Part shown: positions 12,981-31,268 of the stretch, one piece after another
Position numbering within the stretch: the first letter of the stretch is position 1
Layout of the letters: each line of letters opens with the position of its first letter
Source: the human T2T-CHM13v2.0 reference genome, Homo sapiens
Strand: one strand, 5' to 3'
Assembly: GCF_009914755.1 (NCBI RefSeq)
Contig: NC_060934.1
DNA length: 64,000 nt
Made by a program: the position numbers and the translations under genes
The notes under the pieces: generated by a model
Databases searched by the model: none
What the model was told of the DNA's origin: nothing
What the model saw: the letters and a program-made list of their open reading frames with translations, nothing else

Positions 12981-14177
12981 TACACACATGGGAAGAAATG
13001 GACCTGCATGAAAGATAAATGGAAATAAAATATGAAAGGCTTTCATTGCTACATTTTTTTTAATGCCACGAAGGTCATGCATTAAAGACTCAGATTTTCC
13101 TCATTATTGGTTCATAAGAAGAGGCACAGAAAGGCAAGTCCATTACAAGTAAAGTTTCTCTCCTAGTACTCTCTAGTATTAATTGACAAGGAAGATCTTC
13201 TATGCTTTATGTCAAAAGTATTCTAGTTGAAATCAATAAACAAGCTGGAATATTCCAGCAGTGATTGGTCTAAGGAGGACAAACATTTACTGATGAACAA
13301 TCACAATTCCAGCAATCAAAAGAGGCTGTTTAGCTCAAAAGTTAGTACTGTACTGTGTCTCATTTTCCATCTCCAACAGGTTAAAAAAACATCTCCTAAG
13401 AAACATGTTTATTTGGTGGTACAAAATGCCTCTGAGATACTCCCAGTTTTCACAACTGCTGTTTAAATGGTTTTGAAAACTTCAGGTTGCATTGCTGTTG
13501 CAAAGTTTGAAGACAAAGGTGAACATTAACAAAATCAGAATCACAGAGTGACCTGGAATCAGAACAGAAATGTTCAATTATTTGTGTTATAGCGAGCCCT
13601 TGGTAATGTGTTGTATTGTGTGTGTTTATGGAATGAATGTTAAGGCGGGTGTTTTGAGAATTCTATGTGCTTTAACTTAAAATTGTTAAGTAACTGTAGC
13701 CTGGTAGCATAGGTGATTTGAATTTTGAGTCATCTTTTAAAATTTAGATTATGATTGTCACAAATGGGAAAGAACAATAATCTCACAGCCTATATACAAA
13801 GATAGTTGTTGGTGCAAAAAGTAAAAGCCCACCCCCCTGGGAGACAGGACAAACCTGTCTGACAAATGCATTGAGTCACTTATTTAATACATAAATTTGT
13901 GTTATCAATAGATTTTCAACAAGAATTTGTTAGGTACTAGCAGAGAAAGGATGAATAATATTAAAAAACTCACAATCAAATAGGGAAGAGGGATGTGGGA
14001 ACCGACAGCATCTATAACAGAACAGGTGTTCCATGCTCGATGGACAATTGAACAACGTATGAAGAAAACGGAGAGGCATAGGAAGGAGGCATTGATTCTG
14101 CCTAGAGAGACTGGTGCAGGATGGGCAGGTTGGGAAATCTGTGCTTAAAATTAATTTATTTATGAGGGTTTTATACT

Positions 14178-14580
14178 TATCAGTCAGTATACAACCGGAG
14201 ACGCAAAAGCAAAAGGTGATATAGATTAAGAGATTTATTGCAAGGAACTGACTTGTCCAATTGTGGGGTTGGCTAGGCAAGTTCAAAATCCATAGAGCAG
14301 GCCATCTGGAAAGACGGGCTGAAACACTTCTGCATGGGCTGAAGCTCCTGTCCACAGGTGGACTCTCTTCTTCAGGGGAGCTTCAGCTCAGCTCATGTTG
14401 CTTCTACTTGATTGAACCAGCCCAACCCAGATTGTCAATTAGGTTGATATCTCTCATGTAAAGTCAACTGATTATAGACTTTAATTGCATTTTACTAAAC
14501 ATCTTTACAGCAACACTCAGATTAGTATTTGATTTAATAACTAAGGTCTGTAGCAGCCAAAAAATAAAAAGATCATCACA
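14178..14580 (-). mobile_element. ERVL LTR, MLT2 family
   Basis: gagatttattgcaaggaactgact...ggctaggcaagttcaaaatccatag...aagtcaactgattatagactttaat...acagcaacactcagattagtatttgat...atcaca. Confidence 0.8.
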
Positions 14581-14927
14581 CCTCATATCTAAAAACATAT
14601 GGATGTCACTTAAGGAAAAATACGAGAAAGATACAACAGAAAAAAGCTAGTGAATCTTGTTTCTGTCTCTGTCTCTTTTTATTTGAATGCTAGAGAACTC
14701 AAATAAAGGTAAAATAAATTCATTATCCATAAATTTTATAAAAATCATACTTACTGTGCCTTTAAATGGCCAACTGATCTAGTTTATTGTGTCTTCCTCT
14801 AAGCTACTCTTGTTTGTGTGTGAGAAGAGTTTATGTTCACGTATCTGTATGGTATTTTTCTAAGTTGTGAAATATCTGAAACCAGGGATGGCTTCTGTGC
14901 CTTTCACATGATATTAAAAAATTTTCT

Positions 14928-15104
14928 GGCCAGGCACAGTGGCTCATGCCTGTAGTCCCAGCCCCTAAGGAGGCTGAGGTGGGAGGATTGCTTGAGCCCA
15001 GGTGTTTGAGGCCACAGTGAGCTATGATCACGCCACTTCGATCCAGCCTGGGCAACACAGTGAGACGAGACTGGGTCTCAAAAAATAAAAACAAAAATAA
15101 AAAA
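14928..15104 (+). mobile_element. FRAM (free right Alu monomer)
   Basis: Single monomer ggccaggcacagtgg...gaggattgcttgagcccagg...gtgagctatgatc with A-rich tail; TSD-like aaaaattttct / aaaaattcct. Confidence 0.85.
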
Positions 15105-15269
15105 TTCCTGATGGCACTAAGTTCAGGAGATCATTTCCCCCAACTAAGCCAATAAAAGATGAAACAATTTTCAAAGCATGTTCAAACTTATATAGACATG
15201 TCTGTAAAAATCTTATAATTTGTTACTCCTTAATACATTTTTGAACATTAAGAGCTTTGCTTAGAGATA

Positions 15270-17000
15270 CTTGGCATACAATTAGCTGCACATCTTTAAA
15301 CTAAGTTTAAACATATGTATATACCCGTAGTTAAAGGAGTCAACATGGCCACAATCTCAAAAAGAAATGCTCATCAGTTGTAATTTCTCCTCATGACTTT
15401 CTCCCTATCCCTTGGTAACTATTGATCTCTGTCAGTATAGATTAGCATACATTTTCACAAATTTCATATACATAGAATACAGCTTGTATACATTTTTTTT
15501 CTGGCTTCTTTCATTCAGTATAATTATTTTTTCAATTCATCCATGTTGTTTTGTGTCTCAGCAGCTCATACTTTTTATTGCTTAATGGTATTCTGTTGCA
15601 TGGAAATACCACAGTTTATTTATTCATTTACCAGTTGATCAACTTTTGAGGTATTTCCAGTTTGCTGTTACTGCAAAAAGACTCTTATGAACATTTGTGT
15701 ACAAGTATTTGTATGAGCATATGTTTTGATTTCTCTTGGGTAAACACCTGGAAGTGAAATGTTTAGATCATAGGCGAGGTGTATGTCTATCTTTTTAAGA
15801 AACTGCCAAACTCTTTTCCATAGTGGTTCAACCTTTTTTATTGTCCTACATCAATGCGTAAGTATTCCAACTCTCCACAGGAATTGTTAAATCTTGCTAT
15901 GGTCTGATGGCTTTTTAATTTTAATCATTCTAGTAGTATACAAAAGTATCACACTGCAGTTTTAATTTTCATTTTTCTAATAGCTAATAACATTGGGCAG
16001 ACTTTCATGTGCTTCCTTGCCATTCATACATTTTCTTTGAAGAAGTTATTGTCCAAATTTTTGGCCTACTATTTAATGGGGAGTTTGTATTCTTGTCATC
16101 GTGTTTGACAACTTTTTACATGGACTGCATACATGGCCTTTATCGGGTATATAAGGTTTGCAAACATTTTCTCCCAGTAGGTGGTTTATCTTTTTGTTCT
16201 CTTCACAGTGTATTTTAAAGACCTGCAGTTTTAAATGGGATGAAATAAAATGTATCAAATTTTTATTTAATGTTTTAGTGTCTTATTTATGATATTTGTG
16301 TTTGACTTGATGTCACAAAAATTTTCTAGTAAAGCTTTAGTTTTTGCTTTTACATCTAGGTCTGTGATTCATTTTGAGCTAATTTTTATATATGCTACAA
16401 GTTATTTTTTTTTGCATGTAGATATCCAATTATTGCAGCCATTTATTGAATGACTGCTGTTTCTTCACTTTACATGGTTGTAAAAAATCAATTGTCTCTA
16501 TATGGGTGAGTAAATTTCTGGGCTCTGTTTCATAATCCATTCTCTGTTCCATGATCTAGTAGTCTATTTTGAAACTAATACCATAATATCTTGATTAGTG
16601 TAGCTTTTAAAAAGTTAAAAATGAACTAGTGTTATTCCTTTAACCTGATACATTGTCAAAGTTGTTTTGGCTGTTCTAAGACATATACATGTCCATATGA
16701 CTTTTAGAATTAGCTTGTCAATTTCTATTGGAAAAAAAACCACCTTTTTGAATTTTTATTGAGATTGCATTGAATTTATAGATCAATATAGATCAATTTG
16801 TTGAGAAGTGAGATCTAAACAAGATTGGGTCTTTGGATGTGTGAATATGAATATGGTGTATCTCTTCGAACATCTTGACATTCTTCAATTTTTCAGAGTA
16901 TTTTTTTAGTATACAGCCATTGCACATCATTTTTCAGATTCCCAATTATTTTATATTTTTAAATTACCTTTTAAATTGTATTTTTAAAAATGTCAGCTTT
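15270..17000 (-). mobile_element. Old L1M (L1MD/ME-like) 3' UTR and ORF2 end
   Basis: Antisense L1 motifs (tggcttctttcattcagtataat, aagaaactgccaaact, gagattgcattgaatttatagatcaat). Confidence 0.85.
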
Positions 17001-17009
17001 TGACTTCTA

Positions 17010-17460
17010 TATGTTTAGCTTTGATAACTAGAAAGCTAGGAATTGTCAATTCCCATCCTTACAAGAAAAAGCTGAACAAACTGAAAGTCAAGGACATTTC
17101 TTGAACCCATTAGAGAACTGAGGTCTCAGGGCAAATTTCTGCCCTGAAATTGGAGTGACAGATGAAGCCAGAGTATCACAGCCATGCTCTACTTACTTGG
17201 AGCTGAAGACACTGCAACTATATACTACAGAAGCAAATGAGAATTTGACAAATTGCTAGAGATTGAGTGTGAATTAGCTTGAGAGTGAGACACTCTATAA
17301 AGCTGCAGTGTTGAAGTAGAGAGCCATACTTCCACAACTTTTATCTCTGGGGTCCCAGGACCCTTGTTTTCATGGTGGAGTTCCATGATCTATGCTTGTT
17401 CATGGCTCTAGCAGTGGGAGGGAAGAGGAACCATAGCGAATGTGACTAACATGTTCTCCA
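17010..17460 (+). mobile_element. Old L1 5' region fragment (L1MCa/L1MDa-like)
   Basis: ccttacaagaaaaagctgaacaaactgaaagtcaa...cttgaacccattagagaactgaggtctcagggcaaa, recalled as L1M 5' sequence. Confidence 0.55.
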
Positions 17461-17464
17461 TACT

Positions 17465-17710
17465 CAGGGTGATCACTCGGTTCCTCCTGGGTCTCCTGCT
17501 TAGCCAAGAAACTCTATCAAGACAGTAAGCGGAGCAGCTACTGTGCTTAGTGTGTTTGTTTTCAGCCTCTCATGGATCACGGTCCTTCACTGCCTGAGGT
17601 CCAGTACCTTGAGCACCGTTATTTCACACATCTGTCCTGATTTTAGGTTGTTTTAGGTCAAGGGTAAATCTGGTCCTGGCTACTCTATCTTGATCCCATG
17701 CAGAAGTCCC
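17465..17710 (-). mobile_element. Old L1ME-type 5' end
   Basis: Ends in gcagaagtcc (reverse complement ggacttctgc, typical L1ME 5' start); ggatcacggtccttcactgcctgaggtccag. Confidence 0.6.
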
Positions 17711-18039
17711 AAATTTACATTAGAAGAGACAAACTGAGGAATCTCCTTCAGTTGTGACTTTGTACGTATATGTGCCTTGCAATTTACAAAATACTTTGTA
17801 CTAATACAAGAGAAAACAGTCTTTAAAATACGGTGTATATTCCTAGTCACACTTGTGTCAATGGTTAGTCATTGGTTATATTTCTTTTACAGTTTTTTGT
17901 TTGTTGTTTGTTTTTGCTTCTTTCAACAAATCTTCATTCCATAAAGCCTGGAATTATGAATGCCCTTGAAAAGGTTTACAAGATGTATTTGATTCAGATA
18001 AGTCAATCTAACCTTTATAATCACTGTTGTTCCTTCTTA

Positions 18040-18539
<500 letters not shown>

Positions 18540-20164
18540 AATAAGCCTTTTATGCATGTTTATTAGCTAAACTGAATTATTCTGGGTCTTGGGTGAATAT
18601 ATTGGGTTACTGTACTCCCCCCACCTTTCAAACATAAAAGTTTCACTTTTATATAAACAATAAAAATCTACTTAAAAAATAATGTACCCTGTTATTCCAA
18701 AATAGTGAAATTTGACCCAAATATAAATCTTTAGTTATATCCTCTGACATTAGAACTTCACTTGTCTGTGGTTCTTGTCTTTTATTTTGCCTTCTAATTG
18801 GTATTCACTTGATTTATAAATCCCATTGACATTATTCTTCTTATAAAGGCATTTTGTCTATCTAAATTAAATCTTATTCACTTGATTTTCTTTTACATCT
18901 TAAACTCTCAAGATCCATCTGCAGCTTTTCCGTTTGTAACTTTCCAGTCTTGAGTGTGTAATCTCCTCATTTGCAATCATCTCTAGGGTTTACTCAAGTT
19001 ATTTTTTTCTCTCTTCTCTTCAAGTTAACATATTAGAAGGATATTGACCCTAGGATTAGTTACCTTTTGAAATCTCCCTTTAATTTTTGGGTTATTCTTG
19101 ACTATTATAATCAGTATTCATTATTTTCAACCTTGAAGCATCAGTGATATGCTTCATGGCTATAGAAAGTGAAAACCTTCTTGCTTATTTGTATTTCAGA
19201 AAGAAGGTGATTAATTCTGCCTAAGTTCGACACGATCCCATGAGACGACCCTGCCATCCAGAGAAGCACAATCTTCAGCCTTCAAGACACTTTGGACTTT
19301 GACTATTGAGTTTCTAAATTTAAAAACTAAATTGAGTGTCCTTAGAACCAATTTATCTTGAGGAGGATATCATTTTTTGAGGAGTTAAAAGGGCAATTAT
19401 TGTTTCTAGGTCATTTGTTAAAAATTGGCACACAATATATTTTAATGCTATTTAGGTGCATATCTATCATGGATTATTAACTTTGATCATGGTTGTTGTC
19501 TTTGCTCCCTAGAGGTACATAAGCTCTGAAGGAAATATCAAATCCCATCCAACATTTTCACTGAAGAGATCATAACTTTCAATCCAAATTCTATAATTCA
19601 ATTGCAATATTAAATTTGAATACATGAAATTTATGCAATCATTATACATATCATTTCTAATAGTTGGACTGATAGTTTGACATAGGGCTAATAATGCTCC
19701 CCTGTTGTAACAAGAATTTCCGGGTGCTTATATATTATGAGACTACTCTGCAGGCTTCATTTGTTCTATTCCTCTTTTTCCACGTGGCAACAGAGGCTGA
19801 AACATATAGAGGAAAAGAAGTACATCGGCAAATAAAATATGCTTATAGGAGAGAAAAAACAAATGTCTCCTATGGGATCTTGATGAGGTAATGTATGTTA
19901 AGTTATTCAGAAAAAAGCAAATAATATGCAAATGTGAAAAGTTATTACACGTCATGCCAACTCTTAGCTCCCAGCCCAAGCTTCCAACTGGAGCAAGTTC
20001 CCCAGGCTCTTAATTTCCATGAGGGAAACTCAGCAAATTTAAATAATATTAATGATATATTAATGTAGTAATGTGATAACAAGGCACTTAGTAATAATGA
20101 AATGGATATATGCTATTAAGAAACTTGATTTCATATACACTTGTCAATATTTACATTACAGGAT

Positions 20165-20330
20165 CAATTCAATTCAACAGATATTTATTGAGTTGCATCA
20201 GACACTGTGCTTGACGTTGTGACTTAACTATAAAAGTAGGTGGTCCCTGTATTTGTGGAGATTACAGTCTGTTGAAGGTAGACAGATAATGAAGGTTGTA
20301 ATTAGGTAATAACGACGTGATGTGATAACA
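20165..20330 (-). mobile_element. L2 3' end
   Basis: attcaacagatatttattgag...cagacactgtgct...gtccctg...tggagattacagtct. Confidence 0.65.
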
Positions 20331-20667
20331 TGGTTTTCTCATTTAACAGATTCACTCATGAATCACAACATAATTATTGAGCCCTAACAAAAATGCCAGT
20401 TCTCCTAACAGGCTCTATAGAGATATAGCATTGAAAGTAAAAGTCAGGGTCTCTGTAAAAGTCAGGGTCTCTGATCTCGGAGAACTAGATGTTCAAGGGA
20501 GTCACAGCAGTGCAATATATGTTAGAGTTTCAGGAAGCCATTTACAAATATTAGGCAAGTAAATGTTATGTTCCAATTTTTATTTTATGTGCCTCCCTCT
20601 CTAAAAGAAAATATAAGAGACACAGAGTAAGAACCTAAGTTATCACCTTGATTCAGTAACAAGAGAT

Positions 20668-20889
20668 TGTATTAGAGTTCCCTAGAGAAAAAGAAACAAT
20701 AATATAAAGATGTACATATACGTCTATATACCTGTTATAAGAATTGGCTCATACAACAAAGGAGGCCGAGAAGTCCTATGATTTACCATCTGCAAGCTAT
20801 AGAACCAAGAAAGCTAGTGGTATTTTTTAGTAGGAGTCCAAAGGCCTCAGAACCAGGAGCACTGATGTCCAACGACAGGAGAAGGAAGA

Positions 20890-20890
<1 letters not shown>
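20668..20890 (-). mobile_element. MLT2 LTR, partial
   Basis: tgtattagagttccctagaga...aagaattggctcat...gaggccgagaagtcc...atctgcaagct...gagtccaaaggcctcagaaccagg. Confidence 0.8.
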
Positions 20891-26145
<5,255 letters not shown>

Positions 26146-26524
26146 GAAAATTAGAATTTTCTCTTTGGTAAATACACACCTTACAAATCTTTACACCAGA
26201 TAATGGTTTTGGTTTTGACTCTCTACCTTCATAAAAAAAGTTCTCAATTGTAATATTGAGAAGAATTAATGTATTAATGCATTAGACCCGAGGAATAGAT
26301 TAGGATCTTTTTTTTTTTTTTTTGGTACCACAATTGGTAATGATCATATTACGTCTAACAAAATACATGATTACATTAGTCCATTCAGTATTCTTTTCTT
26401 ATATATATATATATATGCTGGGTGTTGGACTTGGTGGTTGTCCTGCAAGGGTTCACAGTCTTGTTGAAGATATACATATTAATCCAACAATTTACCTTCA
26501 ATTTATTGTGGACTTAAGGTAATG

Positions 26525-26785
26525 GGCTGGGTGTGGTGGCTCACACCCGTAATCCCAGCACCTGGGAGGCCAAGGCGGGTGGATCGTGAGGTCAGGAGAT
26601 GGAGACCATCTTGACTAACACGGTCAAACCCCATCTCTACTAAAAATACAAAAAATTAGCTGGACTTGGTGGCACGTGCCTGTAGTCCCAGCTACTCAGG
26701 AGGCTGAGGCAAAAGAATCACTTGAACCCGGGAGGTGGAGGTTGCAGTGAGCCAAGATAGCGCCACAGAAAAAAAAAAAAAAAAA
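26525..26785 (+). mobile_element. AluSc/Y-like, lacking the last ~35 nt before poly(A)
   Basis: ...gagccaagatagcgccacag joined directly to an A-tract; TSD-like aaggtaatg / aagataatg. Confidence 0.93.
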
Positions 26786-27006
26786 GATAATGAAACCCAC
26801 TGGTACCTTCAAAGACTTTATATGAAAAATAAACCCTAATAAGTAATTATTGCACATGGTGATTGGTGTTAGGGCAAAACCATGATAGGAGATAAACTTG
26901 TGTTGGGTCAAAGAAGGTCTCCCCAAGTAGATAATTGATTGAGGGAAACTTTCAAGGACTAGCCAACTGTAGCCATTTTCTTCCTGTAGGCAGGAAGATG
27001 TAATAG

Positions 27007-27478
27007 TGTTGCAGGGCAGGTGAGCCTCAAAATTGGGGCTTATCCCGAGAGGGCTTTTGGTTTTGTTCAAGAAAGAATTAAAGAGTGAGCTATGTTGGCA
27101 GAACAAAACAGCTTTATTAAGACAGGAGTATTACATCTCTGTGACTGTTTCTGCAGAACAGGGCTACCCCACAGGCAGTGTGTCCAGAGTAGCAGCTCAG
27201 GGGCAGTTCCGCAGTAATATTTATACCTACTTTTAATCATATGCAAATTAAGGGACTGATTATACAGAAATTTCTAGACAATGGGTGGCAACTTTTTGGT
27301 AATTGACTTGGAAGGGGGCGGCAACTTCTGAGTGTTGCCATGGCAATGGTAAACAGTCCTGGCACTGGCAAGCAAGTCTTATGGAGAGGTACGTTCGCCT
27401 CTTCCCTGTTTCAACTAGTCTTCAATCTGGTCCAGAGTTGAATCCAACCTCTGGAGTTGAGTCCTGCCTCCTATTTCA
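27007..27478 (-). mobile_element. ERV1 solo LTR (MER66-like, MER4 group)
   Basis: TG...CA termini with 4-bp TSD atag (27003-27006 / 27479-27482); minus strand starts tgaaataggaggcaggactc; contains tttaccattgccatggcaac; AATAAA on the minus strand. Confidence 0.88.
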
Positions 27479-28527
27479 ATAGCAGATACAAAAGCATAGC
27501 GAGAAAGCAGAGAGAACAGGACATGTTTGGAAACTATGCCATGATGCTTAGAGAATGAATGAAGGAGAGGGTACTGAGAAGGAAGGGAGAAGGACACAAC
27601 TAGAGATGCAGGATGCAGCCAGGGTCAGGTCCTGCTAATTCCTGAGTACCATGGCAGTTATCAATCCTTGTCCACAGTAATTAATAATAAAAATTCAAGG
27701 CATTGATGTAATTTGGCATCAAAGAGCTAATTATTGGCTCTCATCATTATGTATTAGAGTCATAGCTGATCAGAAGTTCCAGGGAGAAGCATAAAGTCAT
27801 CAAAAGCAGTCAGCTGAATCTGGCAAAATGAAAGTGATTGTTGCAATATTTTTGGATTCAGTTCAGAGTTTAAATCTTTTACATCTGTGCCTCCAACCGA
27901 TTCATTTTAGAATTGGTTCTGAGAATAAATTGACTGGCTTGTAGAATTTCCATAGTTCAAGGACTTGTTGCTAAAGTGGAAACAAGTCAAGTTTGAAGAA
28001 TGACCTATTGCATCTGGTGTGTTGATGACTTCCTCTAACTGCAAATAATGTAGGGAAAAAAAGAGCAACTGAACGTTTCCTGTCTGCAGAAAAGTATCTG
28101 GAAGTAACGCATTCATCATTTCCTTTGGATTTCAATAGATTTGCATTTGCACTATCTTTGTTGCACATAGACTGAAACACCTGATATTTTTGCGTTCAAC
28201 CACACATTATTATTTGTTGGTGGGTTATTTATTGTCATTTTATAGACTAGAAAAGTAAATACTAGAATTAAATTCTAAAGCCCTGGATTTAGAATGTAAG
28301 ACCAACAAAGAATTGTGCCTACCACACATTCCTAAGGTCATTTCTCTATTGCTTTTTCACTTTCAATGCAAGTTCAGAGCAGCGTTTTTTTATAAAGGCA
28401 TTAATTGCTATATGAGGGTTCAAATTCAATGTTGTGCTACCCTAACTTAATGCTTATTTGATTCAGTTTATTTCAATTTGTTTGCTGTTTTCCACACTCT
28501 GCTGGCAGAGCCATTTAGAAGCTAAGA

Positions 28528-28824
28528 TTTGTTGTTGCCGTTGTTGTTGTTGAGACGGAATCTCATTCTGTCGTCCAGGCTGGAGTGAAGTGGGGCAATC
28601 TTGGCTTACTGCAACCTTCGCCTTTGGGATTCAAGTGATTCACTTGCCTCAGCCTCCCAAGTAGCTGGGATTACATGTGTGCACCAGGGCGCCCAGCTAA
28701 TTTCTGTATTTTTAGTGTAGAAGGGGTTTTACCATATTGGCCAGGCTGGTCTCGAACTCCTGACCTCTGGTGATCCACCCGCCTAGGCCTCCCAAAGTGC
28801 TGCCGTGAGCCACTGTGCCTGGAC
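28528..28824 (-). mobile_element. AluS with (GTT)n-converted tail
   Basis: Antisense dimer; TSD-like gaagctaagattt / gaggctaagtttt. Confidence 0.93.
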
Positions 28825-29544
28825 TGGAGGCTAAGTTTTATAGGAGAAATTCACCTTGACTCTTAGTAACTGTTTCCACTGGCAGTACATTTCTTAAGGT
28901 TCTTTTCTTCTGAGATCTGCCCTTTTTGTCCCTGATAAATGCCCCTTAAATAGGGAGAGACTCCACTGGAGCTGTCGGTTGAACTCTGCTCCATCTGCAG
29001 GGTGCACCCAGGCACTAATCACACACTACTTTATCCCTGGAGTGTCACAGTATCAGCAACTCTGTATTCATCTGTGAATAAAAATAGTTTTTCTTTATGT
29101 TTCAGAGGATAAACATTGAGGCAGCTTTGGGATAGAGTCATTACATACATCTTTTTACTCAATAGGTGTATATTTTGTGCCTACCAAGCAAGTGCAGGAA
29201 ACTAAATGCAAGAGTCTTTTCCTTGAGATACTTCCTTCCTTCTCCTATAACCTCAACACAGAAAGTTAAAAAGTCCACTGGGTGGGAATTAAAGAGATAT
29301 TTAGCTGCTGAAAGTGCTTTTGGCATCTACAAATCATTCTGGTTTTGTGGTGTCTGTTGCCTATCCTGTTTACGTGAACATTGATGAAAGAACAAAACTA
29401 AGTCAGTCTTTCTTCATCTTTCTTCTCGAATTCTTTAGAGTAGGCAACCATTATCTGCTAAAATAGCTTTTTAGTCATACTCATGTCTGTGTAGTGAAAA
29501 TATTTCCCCCCTAAATGAAATAGAGTTCCCTCCTAAATTTGCGT

Positions 29545-29830
29545 AGAGTCACAACCAGCTCTTATTTCTTGCTCATGTCTAGGTTACTGGGCAGCTGTCT
29601 TTTCATCAATAATTCAGGACTCAGGCATTGGTGAGCTGAAGGAGAAAAATCATGGAGATTTAGAAAAGTCTTTGTGGGGCTAGAAGCACTTCTGCTCATA
29701 TTCTACTAGTTGGAAGTGGGTCAGAACTCATTTGTCTAGCCACAAGAGCTACGGGAGAGGCTGTACAATGTAGTCCAGTTTGTGCCTAAGAAAAAGAGCA
29801 ACAGGAATTGATCTCTGCTGTGCCTCTTGC
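29545..29830. mobile_element. Probable old MLT1 (MaLR) LTR fragment
   Basis: tatttcttgctcatg...attcaggactcaggc...cacttctgctcatattc...gaggctg...tgtagtcca...tgtgcc. Confidence 0.55.
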
Positions 29831-30179
29831 TTTTCTATCAGCAGTTGGGTGGGAGTGAAGTGAACATCAGGTTCCAGGAATCTCCTGAGCACCCACTGCA
29901 CCTCAGCACTTCTGACTGCCTGTGGTGTTGCCTCCTGTGGGGGCAGCAAGATTACACCTCACAAAGGGTTTATGCTTTCCTGGAAATATTCACTTTCATT
30001 GAAGTGAACCCACTATCTTCTATGGGCTAAAAAGCTAGATGGAGGCACAGACAGTGCATCCAAGCCCAACTGATAGAACCTTCCACTCTTCTATTCATGG
30101 CACAGAATAGCCATGCGTTGTTTATCATTGTCTGCATAACTCCAGATGAGGAGAATGAAGGAAGGAGAGCAGTGTGGAA

Positions 30180-30420
30180 GTATTCACTCTACATGAGACA
30201 TTTTCTCGGTGCTACACATACATCATTTCATTTAACTCTCACAACCATGTTGGACTTAAGCACTATCCTTGCTTTTTAAATGACACAACTGCAACTGATC
30301 CTTAGCAGATTTAAATAAGTCACTCAAGGTTATGCAGGTAGTGAATAGAAAAGGCAAGATTTTAATCTAGATTTTTCTGATTTTTTAAGCTGTTTCTTTA
30401 ATCGCTTTGTCACCATCTTA
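30180..30420 (-). mobile_element. MIR
   Basis: tcatttaactctcacaacc...taagtcactcaaggttatgcaggtagtgaat...agatttaatc. Confidence 0.7.
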
Positions 30421-31004
30421 TCATACTGCCTCTTCACTGAGATTCCATGAGTGACAACATTTGACATCTGTCCTTCACATAGTAGACACTTGACGTATCT
30501 CTATGGAGAAATGTCTGATGTGGGTGACTTCTTTGAGTATACATTGCTCTTGGTCAAATTTGAGAACTATTTTACTAATTGTGTTTAACACGGGGGAGCC
30601 ATCCTATACACACCAGTATTCTTTCTCTTTTGGTCATTGTCTTCTTTCACAGTCATTATTTCTAAAATCTGCTCAGAAATTTTCATTTTTTTTTTCAAGT
30701 AATGGTTTGGGCTGACTTATTCTCATTCATTAGTCATTTCTTCATTTATTTAACAATTATACTTTTTAAGAACCTACTGTGGGTAAGCATTCTGCTTGGT
30801 GCTGGGAATAAGAGAGAAGATATAAAGATAATTGTGACTTGATTATTCATCCATGAGGGAATCTCTGGAGTTTTGATTTGGAGAAAAGATCATCAAATAC
30901 TTAAAGCAGAAAGTTATATGCCCTTATAATGCAACCACAGTCACAAAAGTGTTGGTTTTGCATCTTGTGAATATTGCAAGATAATGAATTGCCTAGGAAT
31001 GCAT

Positions 31005-31268
31005 ATTTTTTAAACTTTTATTGTAAGTTCAGGGGTACATGCGTAGGTTACGTAGGTAAACTTAATGTCATGGGGGTTTGTCGTACAGGTTATTTTGTCA
31101 CCCACGTGTTAAGGCTAGTATCCATTAATATTTTTCTTGATCCTTTTCCTCCTCCCACCCTCCACGCCCCACCATTTTCCCCAGCATGTGTTGTTCCCCT
31201 GTATGCGTCCATGTGTTCTCATCATTTAGTTCCCATGTATAAGTGAGAACATGGTATTTGGTTTTCTG
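31005..31268 (-). mobile_element. Older L1PA 3' end
   Basis: aacttttattgtaagttcaggggtacatgc...gtccatgtgttctcatcatttag...aagtgagaacatg. Confidence 0.9.

Noticed and set aside
13807-13824. gttggtgcaaaaagta resembling the Hsmar1/MADE1 TIR
   Set aside because: Too short and no partner TIR nearby
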